57,598 bases of DNA from an uncultured Acidimicrobiia bacterium (GTDB lineage Bacteria > Acidobacteriota > Terriglobia > Versatilivoradales > Versatilivoraceae). Below, piece by piece: positions 52,792-57,598 of the stretch. Each line of letters starts with the position of its first letter. Positions within the stretch are counted from its first letter, which is position 1. Made by a program: the position numbers and the translations under genes. The stretch spans positions 1 to 57,598 of the forward strand of contig CAWBAT010000001.1 in assembly GCA_963786955.1 (NCBI GenBank), read 5' to 3'. The notes under the pieces were generated by a model. The model saw only the letters and a program-made list of their open reading frames with translations. It searched no databases and was not told where the DNA came from.

Positions 52792-54342
52792 TTGGTGAAA
52801 CCTCCGTCTGCCCAGCGAGCGAACAAGGAAATTCAGCCTACCGAGACGAAAGCAGCAAGCAACGACGCTGTCGACGATTCTTCCGGCAAAACTGCCTTGG
52901 CATCCAGCGTGAAGAGTCCTGTTCCTGAGGGCTCGCAAGTTGTTCAGAAATCAGGCCGCAAGACTTCAATCATTACGGAACTCCGGTACTGGAACACTGA
53001 AGAATATACTCGAGTCATTGTTGTTTCCGACGGGGAAGTGAAATTCCTGGAAGGGAAATTGGATGATCCAGCCAGATTCTACCTGGACATTGAGAGTGCG
53101 AAGCTCTCTTCGACCTTTACAGCTAAAGCATTTCCCATCAATGATGGCTATGTGAACCAAATTCGCCTGGGGCAGCCAAAGGATCAAGTTGCTCGTATCG
53201 TATTGGATCTCGGAGAGATCAAAAGCTGCCAGGTATTCAACTTACAGAACCCCTATCGAATTGTGATCGACATTTCCGGATCGCCCCGTGGTTCCTTGCT
53301 TGCTACAAAGAAAGATTGGCAGGTCACACGCGGTGAACCGCTCCCTGATGAACTCGGGCATTCGTTGATCACTAAGAAGAAACCGCCTATCGAACCGAAG
53401 AAGAAAGACGCTGATATAGAAACTGCTCAAGAGACTGAGGGGGTTACCGACAAGGCATTGGGTACGACTCCTTCGGGCACGGCCGCACCCCGCTCGGGAA
53501 AGGATAACCCTTCTCAATCTAAGGGCAAAGCGACGGCAGGCGCCGTTGCCCCTTTAATCGCAAAACAAGACACACAGACTAAACCGAAGGCCGCTACCCC
53601 TAAGAGTGACGGAACACGCAGTCTGACCCGGACACTGGGACTAAAAATCGGCAGGATCGTCATTGATCCAGGGCATGGTGGGCATGATACCGGAACTGTT
53701 GGCCCTTCTGGACTTCAGGAAAAAGACCTTGTCCTGGACATCGCGATGCGTCTAAAAAGTCTTATCGAAGAAAGACTGGAGGGAGAAGTCATCTTGACGC
53801 GTACCGACGATGTCTTCGTCCCTCTCGAAGAACGGACAGCCATGGCTAATCAGACACAGGCCGATCTATTTATCTCTATCCATGCCAATTCCAGCCGGAA
53901 CAGGAGAGTGAGCGGGGTGGAGACTTTCTTCCTGAACTTTACTACTTCTCCTGGCGTCGAAGAGATTGCTGCACGAGAAAACGCCAGTTCAAAGAAGACC
54001 GTTTTTGAACTTCAAGACTTAGTTCAGAAAATCACCTTGAACGAAAAGGTTGATGAGTCCAAGGAATTTGCGCAAATTGTACAGAAGACCGTCTCGTCCA
54101 GTTTGTACAAACCCAAAACGCCCCATCGGGACCGGGGCGTCAAACAAGCTCCCTTCATTGTTCTCATCGGCGCGAACATGCCATCCATCCTTTCGGAAAT
54201 CTCCTTCGTCAGTAATCCGCTGGATGAGAAACTGCTGAAGTCCACTTCTTATCGTCAGAAGATTGCTGAGGCTCTTTGCGAAGGAATTGCCTCCTACGCC
54301 GGGAACCTCGGCGGAATCAAAACAGCCAAGGTCATTCACTGA
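52792..54342 (+). CDS. amiC: N-acetylmuramoyl-L-alanine amidase (AMIN + Amidase_3)
   Basis: TRVIV, P.RIVID, IVIDPGHGG.D.G, EKD, SIHAN, SILSEISF. Confidence 0.9.
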   Translation: MVKPPSAQRANKEIQPTETKAASNDAVDDSSGKTALASSVKSPVPEGSQVVQKSGRKTSIITELRYWNTEEYTRVIVVSDGEVKFLEGKLDDPARFYLDIESAKLSSTFTAKAFPINDGYVNQIRLGQPKDQVARIVLDLGEIKSCQVFNLQNPYRIVIDISGSPRGSLLATKKDWQVTRGEPLPDELGHSLITKKKPPIEPKKKDADIETAQETEGVTDKALGTTPSGTAAPRSGKDNPSQSKGKATAGAVAPLIAKQDTQTKPKAATPKSDGTRSLTRTLGLKIGRIVIDPGHGGHDTGTVGPSGLQEKDLVLDIAMRLKSLIEERLEGEVILTRTDDVFVPLEERTAMANQTQADLFISIHANSSRNRRVSGVETFFLNFTTSPGVEEIAARENASSKKTVFELQDLVQKITLNEKVDESKEFAQIVQKTVSSSLYKPKTPHRDRGVKQAPFIVLIGANMPSILSEISFVSNPLDEKLLKSTSYRQKIAEALCEGIASYAGNLGGIKTAKVIH

Positions 54343-54679
54343 ACTATTTCCGAGAGTAAGGGTCCCTCTTCCCTGTCCAGCGATTTGTCCAACTCTGCCT
54401 GACTATCGATGATGGCTCCAAATCCGCCTACCGCATTTGATTCACGCTACTTCTGATTTGAAGTCAGCGTATAATAATGTGGATGCATAAAATGTTGTTG
54501 GCTCGTAATTCTTCCCCCCCCTAGAAGTACCCAGCTGATAATGCGGGACTCGAGGGGGTCGTTGCCAGATTTGCAACAATGTTTATTGCGTTTGTGTTAA
54601 TAATGAAAAGGGTGGGCGAACTTCGTCTCCTTCAAAACTTCCCGCAGCCTGCAAAGGCTTCGGAGACTCACTCGGATCC

Positions 54680-55840
54680 ATGCGAAATAGATCGATGTTC
54701 CTCTTAAGATACGCCGTCAGGATCGCGCCAGTATTCCTCTGTTTAACCTCTTACGTTGCGGCGGGACAAGCCCAAAACTCAACTGAACAGCTTTCTAATC
54801 TCATCAATGAAAAGACTCTTTGGAAAGCGGATCCTGCTGAGAAAGTCTATACCGCTTCGACCTTGACCCAATTCTCACCCGAGAAGGCCGCTATTTGCTT
54901 GGAATATGGGTTCGTCAAGCTTTCTACCCGGGATCTCACTTTAGGCCCGGAAAAGATCCAAATGGAATTGTATGAAATGGTCGATGCCCCTGCGGCCTAT
55001 GGTTTGTTTACTTTTTTCCGGGAGCCTCAATCCAAACCTGTCAAGAAAGTCGGTACAGAAGGAGAGCTCACCTCCGATAGCCTAAGTTTTCAGAAAGGAA
55101 AGTACTTCGTTCGGCTTACATGCATTCGAGGAACGAATGACTGCATTTCCCACTTGCTTAAATTGGGCCAATTGATGTCGGATCCACTGCCGGATTCTTC
55201 CACTCTTCCTGCCGTTGTCACGAAGCTGCCGAATGAAGAACGAGTGCCTCAGAGTGAAGTCTTTTTGATGGGTCCAAAGGCACTGGATCGTTTTGTGCCA
55301 CTCCAAGGAAAGGACCCTTTCGGGCTCAATGTTGGAGCCGAAGCGGCATTTGCCAGATACGTAGCAGGGCCTGAATCAGCCAGCGTACTGCTGATCGACT
55401 ATCCCAACCAGCAGCTAGCCAAGAAATTCCTCCAAGCTGGCTACCATGAATATTCTACCCAAAGACCAGGCCAACCCATCTACTTCAAGCGTGACGGCCC
55501 CCTGGTTACTCTGGTAATGGATGCAAGCTCACCAGCATTCGCCACCTCATTGCTGGAGAAAACAGGGTATGTCTCTTTGGTAATCTTTGATCCAAAGGTT
55601 CAACCTGTAAACATTGCGCGTGTCATGCTTAATATCTTCATTTATTGTGGGGTTTTATTAGGCATTACCTTGGCGGCAGGAATTCTCTTTGGCATTGTAA
55701 GAGTCCTTTTAAAGAGATATTTTCCGGGGAAAGTATTTGACCGGGACGTCATCGCAAAAGTTATTCGATTGGACCTGGAAATTAAGGAACCCCCTCTGGA
55801 GGAACCCACCAACATCCAGCATTCCAGCAAACCGACTTAG
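54680..55840 (+). CDS. Membrane-anchored conserved hypothetical protein (DUF6599-like)
   Basis: Signal peptide, EYGF, AYGLFTF, C-terminal TM and PGK.FDR. Confidence 0.7.
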   Translation: MRNRSMFLLRYAVRIAPVFLCLTSYVAAGQAQNSTEQLSNLINEKTLWKADPAEKVYTASTLTQFSPEKAAICLEYGFVKLSTRDLTLGPEKIQMELYEMVDAPAAYGLFTFFREPQSKPVKKVGTEGELTSDSLSFQKGKYFVRLTCIRGTNDCISHLLKLGQLMSDPLPDSSTLPAVVTKLPNEERVPQSEVFLMGPKALDRFVPLQGKDPFGLNVGAEAAFARYVAGPESASVLLIDYPNQQLAKKFLQAGYHEYSTQRPGQPIYFKRDGPLVTLVMDASSPAFATSLLEKTGYVSLVIFDPKVQPVNIARVMLNIFIYCGVLLGITLAAGILFGIVRVLLKRYFPGKVFDRDVIAKVIRLDLEIKEPPLEEPTNIQHSSKPT

Positions 55841-55863
55841 CTCTTAGTTGCACAAATTCAAGG

Positions 55864-56580
55864 TTGTCCCCCTTGCACAAGGGGGGACTTGGGGGTCCGT
55901 GCATTCCACCTACCTTTCATTCGGTCTCGCAGGAGCTCGACCCTCCAAAGCGCCCTCATGCCTGGAGGGCGGAGCTCTGCGACGCCGCAATGGTGTGGAT
56001 CGGGCGCGTGGGACCGCTGTCCCCCCGAAGCACGCATCCTTATGGCTGTCCCCCCTCAAACAAGAGGGAAGCGGATTATTTCTTGTCCCCCCTTGCACAA
56101 GGGGGGAATTAAGAGGGGGTCCGTGCGTTCCACCTACCTTTCATTCGGCCTCGTGGAACACGGCCCTCCAAATAACGACAGGCGTGGAGGGCGGAACTCT
56201 GCGACGCCGCAATGGTGTGGATCGGGCGCGTGGGACCGCGCGCTTTCCCCGAAGCACACATCCTTATGGCTGTCCCCCCCTCAAACAAGAGGGAAAACGG
56301 GTTCCTTTCTTGTCCCCCTTGCACAAGGGGGGAATTAAGGGGGGTCCGTGCGTTCCACCTACCTTTCATTCGGCCTCGGTGGAACACGGCCCTCCAAATA
56401 ACGACAGGCGTGGAGGGCGACTCTGCGACGCCGCAATGGTGTGGATCGGGCGCGTCGGACCGCTTCCCCCCGAAGCACGCATCCTTATGGCTGTCCCCCC
56501 TCAAACAAGAGGGAAGCAGATTATTTCTTGTCCCCCTTGCACAAGGGGGGACTTCAAGGGGGGTCACATGTATTCCACCT
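55864..56580. repeat. Tandem array of ~220-bp REP-mosaic (BIME-like) units x3.3
   Basis: Units start ~55864, 56083, 56310 and 56528. Each full unit has CCCCCTTGCACAAGGGGG, CCCTCCA..TGGAGGG and CCCTCAAACAAGAGGG palindromes. Lies between convergent genes. Confidence 0.92.
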
Positions 56581-56597
56581 TCTCTGAGCACTTGGGA

Positions 56598-57598
56598 CTA
56601 TGTGTTCGCCCGAGGAAGGTTCTGGGCTTTCAGATGGGCTTCATCTTCCAGCATGCGGGGCGCGAACCGCTGCGCGTGAGGACCGGTCCAAGGATAGAAG
56701 TGGTCAGCACCAAGACAAAAACAGTATTGAGAATCTGGCCATCGATGAGGCGTTGGCCTGCACGGTCGAATGTATGGAACGCAACCAGAGTGGCCGCCAG
56801 GGTCGCCGCCACCTGTGGCATTGTCAGCGACCACATAATTAGCCTTTCGGAAGAACTGTATTTGAAAGCGCGGCCAACAATTTCAGCCGCTATCCCTTTG
56901 CCAACGATGAGGGCTAGGATGATCGCCGCGGTAAGCGCAAAATTGTCAATGAGGCTTCGGAAGAAGACTATCGGATTGATCAGGAAACCTGTCCCGACAT
57001 AGAAACAGGGCACGAAAATAGATTTTCCAAAGAATTCCAACTTCTCAACTGCAGGTTTGTCGCGAACCGCGGCGTTGACCGCGAGTCCAGCCAAAAACGC
57101 TCCGACAATACCGGCAGGCTGACGAATCCAGCGAGGATGGACGCCACCGCCATAATGCCGAAAATAGGGACAAAATAGGCGTCTTCTTCACCTTCGACCT
57201 TTTTCAATGCGTAAGCTCCCAAGCGACTCAGACCAAACAAAATGAACGGGACAAAGGCGGCAATCTCAACAAATTGCAGCGTGGTCCCAACTCCGGAAAA
57301 GCCCTTCTCATAAGTCGAAACGCAGATTGCGAAAACAAGTAAGGACAACGTATCGGATAGGACAGTTGCGCCAACTGTGATGGTGATTGACTCCGATCGG
57401 TTTGTACCAAGCTTAACTAGGATCGGCATGCCTAGAAGTGTGTGCGAAGCAAGTAATGACCCCAAAACGATCGCCGTAATAAGTCCGTAGCCGAAAAGCA
57501 GGCCAACTCCTGTGCCTAGCGCTAAGGGAACCCCGGTAGTGACGAGACCGAATAGGATCGACCTGTTTTTTGCCCGGCGAAACAGAGCAAGGTTGAGA
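56598..57598 (-). CDS. Cation:proton antiporter (CPA2), 5' end outside window, frameshifted
   Basis: LLASHTLLG, GATVLSD, F.P.F.V.TG, PQVAATLAA; multiple TM helices. Confidence 0.88.

Noticed and set aside
55864-56580. CRISPR array
   Set aside because: Sequences between palindromes are near-identical rather than unique spacers, the period is ~220 bp, and there are no cas genes.
55848-57002. 384-aa ORF and other ORFs over the repeat
   Set aside because: Translation of the REP array plus the antisense of the antiporter; no protein-like features.

Overview
Bacterial genomic window, most likely Acidobacteriota (inferred from the holA-lptE-leuS, ilvE-pilT-recX-alaS-slt-amiC gene set and protein styles). 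Bases 1-8183 are the right-hand part of a phage-satellite (PICI-like) element integrated at the 3' end of tRNA-Leu(UAA). It carries a D5/P4-type SF3 helicase, an inverted-repeat origin, a stand-alone TopoVI-A/Spo11-like toprim protein, an HNH nuclease with a cos-like site, a PLD-like protein, TerS, an HK97-type capsid and a tyrosine integrase. No TerL, portal, protease or tail gene lies in the visible part. Bases ~8.3-40.3 kb are a mosaic accessory region: amidohydrolases, orphan soxCD, a 1009-aa Tat-exported glycosidase-like protein, a hybrid kinase, a LOV-PP2C photosensor, a HEAT+GT2 pair, gene debris, an IS1380-linked captured fragment, and a family of TIR-bounded miniature elements enclosing GTAG-type REPs. 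Bases 40.3-57.6 kb are core genes plus a ~220-bp x3.3 REP-mosaic tandem repeat. Many genes, including the essential alaS, are broken by single-base indels, so frameshifts are probably sequencing errors and cannot be read as pseudogenisation.
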